Assembly: GCA_964618315.1 (NCBI GenBank)
Contig: CAZTWQ010000001.1
Coordinates: forward strand, 6,877 to 70,876
Origin: an uncultured Methanosarcinales archaeon
GTDB taxonomy: Archaea; Nanobdellota; Nanobdellia; Woesearchaeales; JACPBV01
Length of the DNA stretch: 64,000 nt
Direction of reading: 5' to 3'
The first letter of the stretch is position 1, and each line of letters begins with the position of its first letter. Of this stretch, positions 27,303-36,920 are shown piece after piece. A program made the translations under genes and the position numbers. The notes beneath the pieces were generated by a model that did no database searches, was not told where the DNA came from, and saw nothing but the letters and a program-made list of their open reading frames with translations.

Positions 27303-27908
27303 ATGCCTTATCTTAAACAAGTAACAATAAACAATAATGAATACTATTACCTATTCCATACAGTAAGAGTAGGGGATAAATTCAAAAAATTAAGCAAGTA
27401 TGTAGGTAAGAATAAGCCATCGGATAATGAATTAGGTAGATTAAAAAAAGAATTCCTTAAAGAAATAAATAAAGAGCCTGTTGAATTTGAAGAAGAAGTT
27501 CCAAAAGTTAATGTTGTTGAAGAATTGCAAGATCTGCAAGATAAAGAGGGGTATCTATCTAAAGAAAGTATGATCAAAATTTCAAAAGAGAAAGATATAC
27601 CTGGTGTTAAGCTCTATGGTGTTGCAACTTTTTATTCTCAATTTAGACTAAAACAAAAAGCAAAGAATACAATAAGTGTTTGTAGGGGAACTGCATGTCA
27701 TGTTAAGGGTTCTGATTCTTTATTAGAATATCTGGAAGAAATTCTAGAAATAAAATCTGGGCAGACAACAAAAGATGGAAAAATAAACCTGGAGTGTGTT
27801 AATTGTATAGGTGCTTGTGCAAAAGCTCCTGCGATTATGGTTAATGATGAAGTGTATGGTGAATTAACCAAAGAAAAAGTGAAAAAAATAATTGAAGGAC
27901 TAAAATGA
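27303..27908 (+). CDS. NuoE-like [2Fe-2S] subunit (HydC copy 2) with an N-terminal extension
   Basis: CRGTACHVKGS...CVNCIGACAKAP; the roughly 70-aa N-terminal extension is of uncertain reality. Confidence 0.75.
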   Translation: MPYLKQVTINNNEYYYLFHTVRVGDKFKKLSKYVGKNKPSDNELGRLKKEFLKEINKEPVEFEEEVPKVNVVEELQDLQDKEGYLSKESMIKISKEKDIPGVKLYGVATFYSQFRLKQKAKNTISVCRGTACHVKGSDSLLEYLEEILEIKSGQTTKDGKINLECVNCIGACAKAPAIMVNDEVYGELTKEKVKKIIEGLK

Positions 27909-29632
27909 AAATTACAGTTGGATTAGCAACATGTGGAATTTCCGCAGGAGGGATGCCTGTTTTTGAAGCTTTGAAGAATGAGGGTTTTGAAGTAGAAAAA
28001 GTTGGATGTATAGGTATGTGTTATAATGAGCCATTAGTAACTGTCATTGAAGGTGATAAAAGAGAAGTTTATGGTTTGGTTACAAAAGATAATGTGCAAA
28101 AGTTGATTGATTGTCTTAAGAAAGAAGAAGTGTGTAAAGAACTATTCATAACTGATAATATTAATGAACTTGATTTCTATAAGAAACAAAAAAGATTAGT
28201 AATGGAAAATTGTGGTTTGATAAATCCATTAAGTTTGGAACAATACAAAGAAAATGAAGGGTATAAGGGGTTGAAAAAAGCTTTAGATATTGAACCTAAT
28301 CAGGTTATAGAAAATATAAAGAGTTCGGGGTTAAGAGGTAGAGGGGGGGCAGGTTTTCCTGTAGGACTTAAGTGGAGTTTTATTGTAGACAAAAAGGGGA
28401 AGAAATATCTAATCTGTAATGGAGATGAAGGTGATCCTGGAGCATTTATGAATCGTACAATAATGGAATCTGATCCCTTTAAGCTTATAGAAGGTATGAC
28501 AATAGCAGCATATGCCATAGGTTCTGATGAAGGTATCATATATACTAGGGCAGAATATCCTTTGGCAATAAAGACCTTAGAAAAAGCAATTAAAATAGCA
28601 AATGATAATAATCTTCTTGGAGATAATATATTGGGAAAGAAGAATTTTAACTTTAAGTTATATATCAAAAAAGGTGCAGGAGCTTTTGTTTGTGGAGAAG
28701 AAACTGCTTTGATAAATTCAATAGAAGGTAAGAGAGGTATGCCTAGGCCAAGACCACCTTATCCTACTGATTGTGGGTTGTATGGAAAGCCAACTGTAAT
28801 AAACAATGTAGGGACACTCAGCCATATAGCTACAATAATGAAAATAGGTGTTGATGAATATATCAAGATTGGTACTGAGAAAACAAAAGGGACTAAAGTT
28901 ATATGCTTAGCGGGGAAGATAAAAAGAGCAGGAGTTATTGAAGTTCCAATGGGTATTCTGTTAAGAGACATAATATTTGAGATTGGGGGTGGTGTTCCAG
29001 AAGGAACTAAGTTTAAAGCTGTACTATCTGGTGGACCTGCAGGGGGATGTGTACCTGAACAACATTTAGATATCCCGCTAGACTATGAACCATTACAGGA
29101 ACTAGGGGCAATAATGGGTTCAGGAGGCATAGTTGTCATAAACGATAAATCATGCATGGTTGATGTTGCAAGATATTTTATGAGTTTCACACAAGAAGAA
29201 AGCTGCGGCAAATGCACCCCTTGTAGAGAAGGGACAATGCGTTTACTTGAGATGCTAACACAAATAACCAGAGGTGTTGGTGGAAGAGAAGATATCAATA
29301 AAATAAAATTATTGTCTGAATTTGTCAGGGATAATGCATTATGTGGTCTTGGACAGAATGCTCCTAACCCCATACTTTCTACATTAAGGTTTTTTGAAAA
29401 TGAATATATAGATCATCTGGAAAAGAAAAAATGTCCTGCAAAAGCATGTAAAGGTCTTGTAAAATATAGTATAACCGAGAAATGTATTGGTTGTGGGAAC
29501 TGCGCAAGGCATTGCCCTGTTGAGGCTATATCCGGTAACTTAAAAGAGAAACATGTGATTGAACAAAGTAAATGTGTAAAATGTGGGAAGTGTTATGAAG
29601 CATGCGCTTTTGATGCTATTGAGAAAAAATGA
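27905..29632 (+). CDS. NuoF-like subunit (HydB copy 2, full-length, with C-terminal 2x[4Fe-4S] ferredoxin domain)
   Basis: GRGGAGFPVGLKW, ESCGKCTPCREG, and a C-terminal CIGCGNCARHCP...CVKCGKCYEACA. Confidence 0.85.
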   Translation: MKITVGLATCGISAGGMPVFEALKNEGFEVEKVGCIGMCYNEPLVTVIEGDKREVYGLVTKDNVQKLIDCLKKEEVCKELFITDNINELDFYKKQKRLVMENCGLINPLSLEQYKENEGYKGLKKALDIEPNQVIENIKSSGLRGRGGAGFPVGLKWSFIVDKKGKKYLICNGDEGDPGAFMNRTIMESDPFKLIEGMTIAAYAIGSDEGIIYTRAEYPLAIKTLEKAIKIANDNNLLGDNILGKKNFNFKLYIKKGAGAFVCGEETALINSIEGKRGMPRPRPPYPTDCGLYGKPTVINNVGTLSHIATIMKIGVDEYIKIGTEKTKGTKVICLAGKIKRAGVIEVPMGILLRDIIFEIGGGVPEGTKFKAVLSGGPAGGCVPEQHLDIPLDYEPLQELGAIMGSGGIVVINDKSCMVDVARYFMSFTQEESCGKCTPCREGTMRLLEMLTQITRGVGGREDINKIKLLSEFVRDNALCGLGQNAPNPILSTLRFFENEYIDHLEKKKCPAKACKGLVKYSITEKCIGCGNCARHCPVEAISGNLKEKHVIEQSKCVKCGKCYEACAFDAIEKK

Positions 29633-31338
29633 ATAAAATAAAGATTAGGTTGAATAGTGTAGATGTTGAATGTAAAGAAGGGGATATGATTATAGATGTA
29701 GCTAAGAAAAATGGTATTGACATACCCCACTTCTGCCATAATGGCAGGCTAGAAAGGATAGGTGCATGTAGGATATGTGTTGTTGAACAAAAAGGAAAAC
29801 AAAAATTAGTTGCTTCTTGTTGTACTCCGGTTAATGAGGGGATGGAAATAGTTACACACACCCCCAGAGTTTTGGAGGCAAGAAGGATTAATATTGAGCT
29901 TTTGCTTGCAAACCATGATTTGAATTGTACAACCTGCAAGGAAAATCTAATCTGTAAACTACAAAGATATGCTGAAGAGTTAATGGTAAGAGATATAAGG
30001 TTTGAGGGAGAAAAAAGATGGGAGGATGTTGATAATTCAAGTGTTTCTATAAGGAGGGATAATAATAAATGCATACTTTGTGAACAATGTGTTAGGATAT
30101 GTAGCAATATACAGACAGTACATGCTATTGGATTACAGAACAGGGGTTTTAACACAAAGGTTGCACCCCCATTTAATACTCCAATAAACAAGAGTTCTTG
30201 TGTAAAATGCGGTCAGTGTGTTGTTGCTTGTCCAACAGCTGCATTAACTGAAAAAAGTGATATACAACCAGTTATAGATGCACTCAACTCTGATAAATAT
30301 TTAGTTGCACAAACTGCTCCTTCTATCCGTGCTACATTAGGCGAATGTTTTGGGATGCCTGCTGGAACATCTGTAACGGGCAAGATGGTTGCTGCTTTGA
30401 GGAAGATAGGTTTCAAGAAAGTTTTTGATACTGACTTAGCTGCTGATATTTGCATAATAGAAGAAGCAACAGAATTTGTTAAGAGATTTAAAGATAAAAA
30501 AAATTTACCTATGATAACAACTTGTTGTCCTGCATGGATCAAGTTTGGAGAACAGTTCTTTTTTGAGCAGCTTAACCACATGTCTTCATGTAGAAGTCCC
30601 CAAGCAATACTTGCCTCTTTGATCAAAACCTATTTTGCAAAGAAGATGAAAGTAGATCCAAAAGATATTATCTTGGTAGATATTATGCCCTGCACAGCAA
30701 AGAAATTTGAAATATTGAGACCTGAGTTCAAAGGAGAAGCAGATTATGTTTTGACCACAATAGAGCTTGCTAAGCTTATAAAACAACTTGATGTAGATTT
30801 TGTTAATCTTAATGATGAAGATTTTGATAATCCATTGGGTGAAAGCACAGGAGCAGGAGCAATATTTGGCCATACTGGGGGAGTAATGGAAGCTGCTTTG
30901 CGTACTGTAGCTGATTGGGTCAGTGGAAAAAATCTAAAGAAGATAGATTATAAAGATATAAGAAATATGGAAACAATGAAAGAGGCTGAACTTAAGATAG
31001 GTGGTGAAAATGTGAGGATAGCTGTTGTCCATACACTAGGTGAAGCCCGTAAATTGATGAATCAGATCAAGGCAGGGAAGAGCCCATATCATTTTATTGA
31101 GATTATGGCATGTTATGGTGGTTGTATTGGGGGAGGAGGACAACCCCCACCACATAATAAGAAAACCTTAGCTAAAAGGACTAAAGCATTAATTGATGTT
31201 GATGAAAGGAAAAAGATAAGAAAATCCCATAAAAATCAATCTGCACTTAAGATCTACAAAGAATATCTAGGGGAGTTTGGGAGTGAAAGAGCACATAAAC
31301 TGCTGCATACAACTTATTCTAAGAAAGAATATATCTAG
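29629..31338 (+). CDS. hydA: [FeFe]-hydrogenase catalytic subunit HydA (copy 2, canonical)
   Basis: L1 TTCCPAW, L2 MPCTAKKFE and L3 EIMACYGGCIGGGGQP, plus the N-terminal FeS domains. Confidence 0.85.
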   Translation: MNKIKIRLNSVDVECKEGDMIIDVAKKNGIDIPHFCHNGRLERIGACRICVVEQKGKQKLVASCCTPVNEGMEIVTHTPRVLEARRINIELLLANHDLNCTTCKENLICKLQRYAEELMVRDIRFEGEKRWEDVDNSSVSIRRDNNKCILCEQCVRICSNIQTVHAIGLQNRGFNTKVAPPFNTPINKSSCVKCGQCVVACPTAALTEKSDIQPVIDALNSDKYLVAQTAPSIRATLGECFGMPAGTSVTGKMVAALRKIGFKKVFDTDLAADICIIEEATEFVKRFKDKKNLPMITTCCPAWIKFGEQFFFEQLNHMSSCRSPQAILASLIKTYFAKKMKVDPKDIILVDIMPCTAKKFEILRPEFKGEADYVLTTIELAKLIKQLDVDFVNLNDEDFDNPLGESTGAGAIFGHTGGVMEAALRTVADWVSGKNLKKIDYKDIRNMETMKEAELKIGGENVRIAVVHTLGEARKLMNQIKAGKSPYHFIEIMACYGGCIGGGGQPPPHNKKTLAKRTKALIDVDERKKIRKSHKNQSALKIYKEYLGEFGSERAHKLLHTTYSKKEYI

Positions 31339-31539
31339 AATAGAATCCAATATATAATGAAAAGATTAACTTTTCTAAATAGTATTGGAAATTATCTTTA
31401 CAATAAGTTTAAATATAGAACTTGGTTTCTCCCTATTAACATGATGGTAAATTGTATATGTTGCTGTTAGAATTCTTCATTGTTTTAGTTAATTGTTTAT
31501 TTAAAATTAAATTTTTATTTTTCAGAAACACGAGGTACT

Positions 31540-32316
31540 ATGAAAACGCAAAATTTAACTCAAAAATTGAACTTTTATGAATTGATTGGAGTTATTTTGG
31601 GGGATGGATGTATAAAATACTATCCTTCACATAAAGTATATACCCTAGAAATAACTGGAGATGCAAAAGATGATCAAGAATATTTTAGTAAATTATCGAA
31701 GTTAATTACAAGTATAACTAATAAAACTCCAACTGTTAGAATAAGCATAGATAAGAAAAAGCGAGCCTTGAGATTAGAATTACACAGTAAAAAGTTTTTG
31801 GAGTTTTTATTGAACGATGTAGGAATAACTAATAAAAAGAAATCATTCAATGCAGAAATCCCTAAGAAGTACCTAGAGTGGAAATATAGTAAACATATTA
31901 TTAGAGGCATATTTGAAACAGATGGTTCACTTTATTTTTCAAAATCAAAAAAGATTAAATACACTTCTTATCCAAGGATAGAAATTAAGACATCTAGTAA
32001 AAAATTAGCTTTGCAAATATTTGAATTGCTCAAACAAAAAGCTTTTAAAGTACAAAAGAGACCTAGCAAAACAGATAAGACAATTAGAGTCTATCTTAGT
32101 GGATCTGAAATGCTTAATAAATGGTTAAAAGAAATCGGTTTTTCAAGTATGAAAAAATACAGTAAATATTTGTTTTGGAAAAAATTTGGTTATTATATTC
32201 CAAAAACACCTTATAAGAAAAGAATGATTCTCATAAGGGAGCATGGCCAAGTGGCTAAGGCGTCCGCCTGCAGAGCGGATATTCGGGGGTTCAAATCCCT
32301 CTGCTCCCTCTTATAA
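31540..32316 (+). CDS. LAGLIDADG-type homing-endonuclease-like protein (paralog 2); the ORF reads through tRNA-Cys
   Basis: Motifs IGVILGDGCI and IRGIFETDGSL. The last 27 codons or so are encoded by the tRNA-Cys sequence, so the true C-terminus is uncertain. Confidence 0.5.
   Translation: MKTQNLTQKLNFYELIGVILGDGCIKYYPSHKVYTLEITGDAKDDQEYFSKLSKLITSITNKTPTVRISIDKKKRALRLELHSKKFLEFLLNDVGITNKKKSFNAEIPKKYLEWKYSKHIIRGIFETDGSLYFSKSKKIKYTSYPRIEIKTSSKKLALQIFELLKQKAFKVQKRPSKTDKTIRVYLSGSEMLNKWLKEIGFSSMKKYSKYLFWKKFGYYIPKTPYKKRMILIREHGQVAKASACRADIRGFKSLCSLL
32237..32308 (+). tRNA. tRNA-Cys (GCA)
   Basis: Hand-folded cloverleaf: acceptor GGGAGCA/TGCTCCC, anticodon stem TCCGC/GCGGA with loop CTGCAGA, T-loop TTCAAAT; 72 nt with no encoded CCA; immediately upstream of cysS. 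Confidence 0.8.
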
Positions 32317-32348
32317 TTCAAAAAATATATAAGTATATCAGGATTTAA

Positions 32349-33746
32349 GTGATAAATATGTTAAAACTATACAATACACTAGGCAGAAAGAAAGACGTTT
32401 TTGAGCCTATCAATAAGAAAGAAGTAGGGATGTATAGTTGCGGGCCTACTGTTTATAACTTTGCCCACATAGGTAATTTTAGGGCTTATATAGTTGCAGA
32501 TCTTCTGAAAAAATATCTTAAGTTTAAAGGATTTAATGTAAAGCATGTAATGAATATTACAGATGTTGATGATAAGACAATAAAGGGCTCTATACAAGAG
32601 AAGATTTCTTTGAAAAAGTATACTAAGAAATATACTGATGCATTTCTTAGTGATCTTAAAACATTAAATATCTCAGAAGCAGATATATTCCCAAGGGCAA
32701 CAGATCATATCAATGAGATGGTTGCAATGATTCAGAAGCTTAGCGACAAGGGACTTGCATATAAAGGAGAAGACGGGTCATGGTATTATAGTGTTTCTAA
32801 GTTTAAGAACTATGGAAAGCTTTCAAGACTTAAGTTTGAAGGGTTGAAAGAAGGTGCAAGAGTAAAACAAGATGATTATGATAAAGATCAGGCTCAGGAT
32901 TTTGCTTTGTGGAAAGGTTATTCTAAAGAAGATGGTGATGTTTTTTGGGAAACTTCGCTGGGTAAAGGTCGTCCTGGGTGGCATATTGAATGCAGTGCAA
33001 TGAATACTAAGTATTTAGGTAATGGTTTTGATATACATACTGGTGGAATTGACCTAGTGTTTCCACACCATGAAAATGAGATAGCTCAAGCAGAAGGATG
33101 TACTGAAAGCCCTTATGTAAACTATTGGGTGCATAATGAGCATCTACTTGTTGATGGGAAGAAAATGAGCAAGTCACTAGGTAATTTTTATACTCTTCGT
33201 GATCTGCTTGATAAAGGGTATAGTGCAGTTGCTATAAGATATCTTTTGTTGAGTACGCATTATAGGCAGCAAGCTAATTTTACATTTAAGGCTCTTGAGG
33301 GAGCTAAAGGTGCTGTTGATAAGCTCAATAATTTTATATTTGTCTTAGGGGGCATGGATTGTGATGAAGATGTTGGCAATATAGATGAACTTATCAAAGA
33401 GACCAGAGCTGCTTTTGAGATGAAGATGGACGATGATTTGAATATTTCTGGTGGGTTAGCTGTTATCTTTGACTTCATGAGTGATGTCAACAAGCTTCGC
33501 CTGAGCAAGGACGATGCTTCAAAGGTAATTTCATTTATGAAAGAAGTTGATGCTATATTGGGTGTTATGGATTTTAAAAAGAATGATGAGAATATTCCTA
33601 AAGATATAGAGAGTCTGATCAAGTCGAGAGAAGACGCCAGAAAGAATAAAGATTTTGATAAGGCGGATAAGATAAGGGATGATCTAAAGGAAAAAGGGAT
33701 TGAATTGATAGATACTCCTGAAGGAGTCCGGTGGAAGAAGGTTTAA
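32349..33746 (+). CDS. cysS: cysteinyl-tRNA synthetase
   Basis: HIGN and KMSKS class-I motifs and a CysRS zinc-site context; 465 aa. Confidence 0.9.
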   Translation: MINMLKLYNTLGRKKDVFEPINKKEVGMYSCGPTVYNFAHIGNFRAYIVADLLKKYLKFKGFNVKHVMNITDVDDKTIKGSIQEKISLKKYTKKYTDAFLSDLKTLNISEADIFPRATDHINEMVAMIQKLSDKGLAYKGEDGSWYYSVSKFKNYGKLSRLKFEGLKEGARVKQDDYDKDQAQDFALWKGYSKEDGDVFWETSLGKGRPGWHIECSAMNTKYLGNGFDIHTGGIDLVFPHHENEIAQAEGCTESPYVNYWVHNEHLLVDGKKMSKSLGNFYTLRDLLDKGYSAVAIRYLLLSTHYRQQANFTFKALEGAKGAVDKLNNFIFVLGGMDCDEDVGNIDELIKETRAAFEMKMDDDLNISGGLAVIFDFMSDVNKLRLSKDDASKVISFMKEVDAILGVMDFKKNDENIPKDIESLIKSREDARKNKDFDKADKIRDDLKEKGIELIDTPEGVRWKKV

Positions 33747-33817
33747 ATATTATATAAAATATATAAATATAGAAAGATTTAAAAAATATAATTGATTCTT
33801 CTTATAAAGGTGATATT

Positions 33818-34168
33818 ATGACTGTAGTTTTACCAGGTATTAATATAGGGGTTGGAAATTATGCTGTACTTTGTTCTGATAGTGAATTAGATGAAGGAGA
33901 TGTGCCTAGTTTTGTCAGTGATTTAGATGCTCCTTTACCAGATAAACTTAATCCATTGAACATAGATCAAGTTGTTGATGCTATTGTAGCTAGATTAGCT
34001 GATGGCAGGAAAGTTGGTAAAGAAGTATTTAATATGGCAAGGGATTGGTTAATTGAGAAAAGGCAATCGTTTGCTGAGATGGGTCTTGATCCTGAATCTA
34101 ATTTTAGAGATTCTTATGGGATAGAATGGGATAAACTTGAGAGTTATGAGGGGCATTATACCCTATAA
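33818..34168 (+). CDS. hypothetical acidic protein with atypical composition
   Basis: 116 aa with no recognisable motif; locally higher GC. Confidence 0.35.
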   Translation: MTVVLPGINIGVGNYAVLCSDSELDEGDVPSFVSDLDAPLPDKLNPLNIDQVVDAIVARLADGRKVGKEVFNMARDWLIEKRQSFAEMGLDPESNFRDSYGIEWDKLESYEGHYTL

Positions 34169-34183
34169 TGATTTGAATATAAT

Positions 34184-36610
34184 TCATAGTTCTAATTCAA
34201 CTTCATAATCTATTTCAGAATCATCTTTTAATTTTTCATAAGATATGTTTTCTGCTTTAGTTGTTGCAATTATGTCGTCTTTGACTGATTCGAAATCTTT
34301 TTCTGAGATCTTGCCTTTGATTAATAAGTTTTTTAATGGGGTTTTTAGGCTTAGGTTTTTGTCTGATTTTGCCTGTCTGGATTTTTGAGCAGCATAAACT
34401 ACTAACTCACCTATTTTTTCTGCTGTTTCATCTGTGATTATTGGCTCTGGCCATTTTGAGATATGGATGCTTTTTGCAGAGTCTGATCTATTGAAATATA
34501 ATTGATATATCTCTTCTGTAATGTAAGGCATTATTGGAGCTACCATCTTTAAGATTGCTAATAATGTAGTATGAAGTGCATATTGTGCGCTTAATCTTTG
34601 TTCTTTTCCCCTTTGATCTGGATTGTATAATCTATCTTTGGCTATCTCTAGGTAATTGTCACATAGTTCATGCCAGAAGAAATTCTCTACATCTGCTTTT
34701 GTTCTATTATATTCATATTTTTTGAATGAATCTGTAGAGGTTTTTATTATTTTGCTTAGTTTTGATAATATCCATTTGTCGACTGGTTCTAGTTTTTCTG
34801 GCTTGTCCCCTTTGTAATCTTCTAAGTGCATAATTGCAAATTTAGAAGCATTCCATAATTTTGTAATGAATTTTTGGGCTGTAACTAAATCTTTTTCCTG
34901 GAATGGAAGATCTTCACCTAGTTTTGATCCTGCTGCCCAGAATCTTAAAGCGTCTGCATTGTATTTTTCGATCATAACTTGGGGTTCAATAACATTACCT
35001 TTACTTTTGGACATCTTTTTTCCTTTTGGATCTAGAGCCCAACCTGTTACCATACAATCTTTCCAGGGATTTACTTTATTGTGTAATTGTGATTTTACAA
35101 CTGTGTTGAATAACCAAAATGTGATTATGTCATGACCTTGCGGCCGCATTGACATAGGGTAGATCTTATCATATAGTTCTGGAACTAATGATGCTGTAAT
35201 CTGAGGTGTTAATGATGATGTTGCCCATGTGTTTATTATGTCTTTTTCTGGTATGAATTCTGTTGAACCACATTTTGGGCATTTGTCAACTGGTGGTTTG
35301 TCTGTCAATGGATCAACTGGAAGTTGTTTTTCATCTGCTAAGATAATTTCATCACATTCTTTGCAATACCATACTGGGAATGGAATTCCAAAAGGAAGTT
35401 GTCTTGAGATGCACCAATCCCACTGTAATCCCTTAACCCAATTATCATATCTGTTTTTCATATGATGTGGGAACCATCCAAGTTTTTCTCCCCATTTCTC
35501 CATCTGAGGTTTTAGGTCCAGGTATTTTACAAACCATTGTTTTGAATGGATGAATTCTATAGGGGTTCCGCATCTTTCATGTGTGTTTACTGGGTGATTG
35601 ATCGGTTCTTGACTCAATAGTAATTTTTGATCTTTCATATCTTCAATAATCATCTTTCTTGCAGTCACTATAGTATTGCCTTCGTACTTGCCAGCAAGTT
35701 CTGTCATCTTTCCGTCTTTTCCAATAGCTTCTTTTATAGGAAGTTTGTGTATCTTTTGCCATTCACAATCTGTTGAATCTCCAAATGTACAGCACATAAC
35801 TAATCCTGTACCCTTTTCTGGATCTGCTTTTTTATCTTCTAATATTGGGACTTCGAAATCAAATAACGGAACTTTTGCTGTTTTTCCCTTAAGTTTTTGG
35901 TATCTTGCATCATCAGGATGGTAGAAAACTGCAACACAAGCTGGTAAAAGTTCTGGTCTTGTTGTTGCTATGATCAATTCTTCTTCTTTCCCATTATTGT
36001 CTACTTTGAATACAATATCATTGAAGAAAGATGAAATTTCTTTATCTTCACATTCAACCTGGGAGATTGCAGTCCTGCATTTTGGACAGTGCATTGCTGG
36101 TGCTTCTGTCCGGTATTCTCGCCCATCGTTGTATAGATCTATGAATGATTTCTGTGATATTTTCTGACAGTGTTCATTTATGGTTGTGTAGAATAAGTCA
36201 AAATCACAACTAGTGCCTATCCTTTTCCAATCTTCGATATATTTAGGCCTTATCTCTTTTTTTAGTGTTTCTAAGCATAGTTTTACAAATTCTTTTCTAC
36301 CTAGATCATGGGCTCTTACTTTTTTTTCCTTTTCTATCAATAATTTAGTGGGTAGTCCGTTGTCGTCTGTGCCAAAAGGATAGAATATGTTAAAACCCTG
36401 CATTCTTTTGAATCTTGCAATAAAATCCATCTGCGAGTACATAAAAGCATGACCCAGATGCATCTTTCCAGAAACGGTTGGTGGAGGAGTATCTATCGAA
36501 AAGATCTCTGCCTTTGATTCTTTATTGAATTTGTAGACCTTATTTTCTTCCCAAAACTTCTGCCATTTTGGTTCTGATTCTTTGGGGTCGTATCTTTTTG
36601 GTAATTCCAT
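34184..36610 (-). CDS. valS: valyl-tRNA synthetase
   Basis: HMGHAF (HIGH-like) and KMSKSKGN motifs plus an editing domain; 808 aa. Confidence 0.9.
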   Translation of the reverse strand: MELPKRYDPKESEPKWQKFWEENKVYKFNKESKAEIFSIDTPPPTVSGKMHLGHAFMYSQMDFIARFKRMQGFNIFYPFGTDDNGLPTKLLIEKEKKVRAHDLGRKEFVKLCLETLKKEIRPKYIEDWKRIGTSCDFDLFYTTINEHCQKISQKSFIDLYNDGREYRTEAPAMHCPKCRTAISQVECEDKEISSFFNDIVFKVDNNGKEEELIIATTRPELLPACVAVFYHPDDARYQKLKGKTAKVPLFDFEVPILEDKKADPEKGTGLVMCCTFGDSTDCEWQKIHKLPIKEAIGKDGKMTELAGKYEGNTIVTARKMIIEDMKDQKLLLSQEPINHPVNTHERCGTPIEFIHSKQWFVKYLDLKPQMEKWGEKLGWFPHHMKNRYDNWVKGLQWDWCISRQLPFGIPFPVWYCKECDEIILADEKQLPVDPLTDKPPVDKCPKCGSTEFIPEKDIINTWATSSLTPQITASLVPELYDKIYPMSMRPQGHDIITFWLFNTVVKSQLHNKVNPWKDCMVTGWALDPKGKKMSKSKGNVIEPQVMIEKYNADALRFWAAGSKLGEDLPFQEKDLVTAQKFITKLWNASKFAIMHLEDYKGDKPEKLEPVDKWILSKLSKIIKTSTDSFKKYEYNRTKADVENFFWHELCDNYLEIAKDRLYNPDQRGKEQRLSAQYALHTTLLAILKMVAPIMPYITEEIYQLYFNRSDSAKSIHISKWPEPIITDETAEKIGELVVYAAQKSRQAKSDKNLSLKTPLKNLLIKGKISEKDFESVKDDIIATTKAENISYEKLKDDSEIDYEVELEL

Positions 36611-36712
36611 AATAAGTTAGAGAATAAGGTTATTGTATATAAATGTTTTTGGAATAAAAGAGTAAAGATTAGATCAAACTTTAGAAAAATTTAATAGTCT
36701 TTTGAGAAAAAG

Positions 36713-36875
36713 GGCTTAGTAGAAAATCTCCCGTTGGTCGGGTTGCCATCGGGTTCGCTTCTTGAAGTTGGTATAGATAACTGACATTCCCCGTAAGGGA
36801 CTTCCCCCTTGCCAGTTAGATGTATCTATTTAAGAAGCTCATAAATTGATGGCAACCTATATTTTCTACTAAGCC
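36713..36875. mobile_element. MITE-like element E2 (163 bp) with 19-bp TIR GGCTTAGTAGAAAA... and a perfect 9-bp TSD GAGAAAAAG
   Basis: TSD copies at 36704..36712 and 36876..36884; termini GGCTTAGTAGAAAAT / ATTTTCTACTAAGCC; internal sequence homologous to E1. Confidence 0.55.
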
Positions 36876-36920
36876 GAGAAAAAGAGAATATTAATAAACA
36901 TAAGTTGCTTACTAGTTTCT

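Noticed and set aside
27303-27512. The 70-aa N-terminal extension of the second HydC as a separate gene or domain.
   Set aside because: There is no internal Met or independent motif. It is kept as part of the ORF but flagged as an uncertain start.
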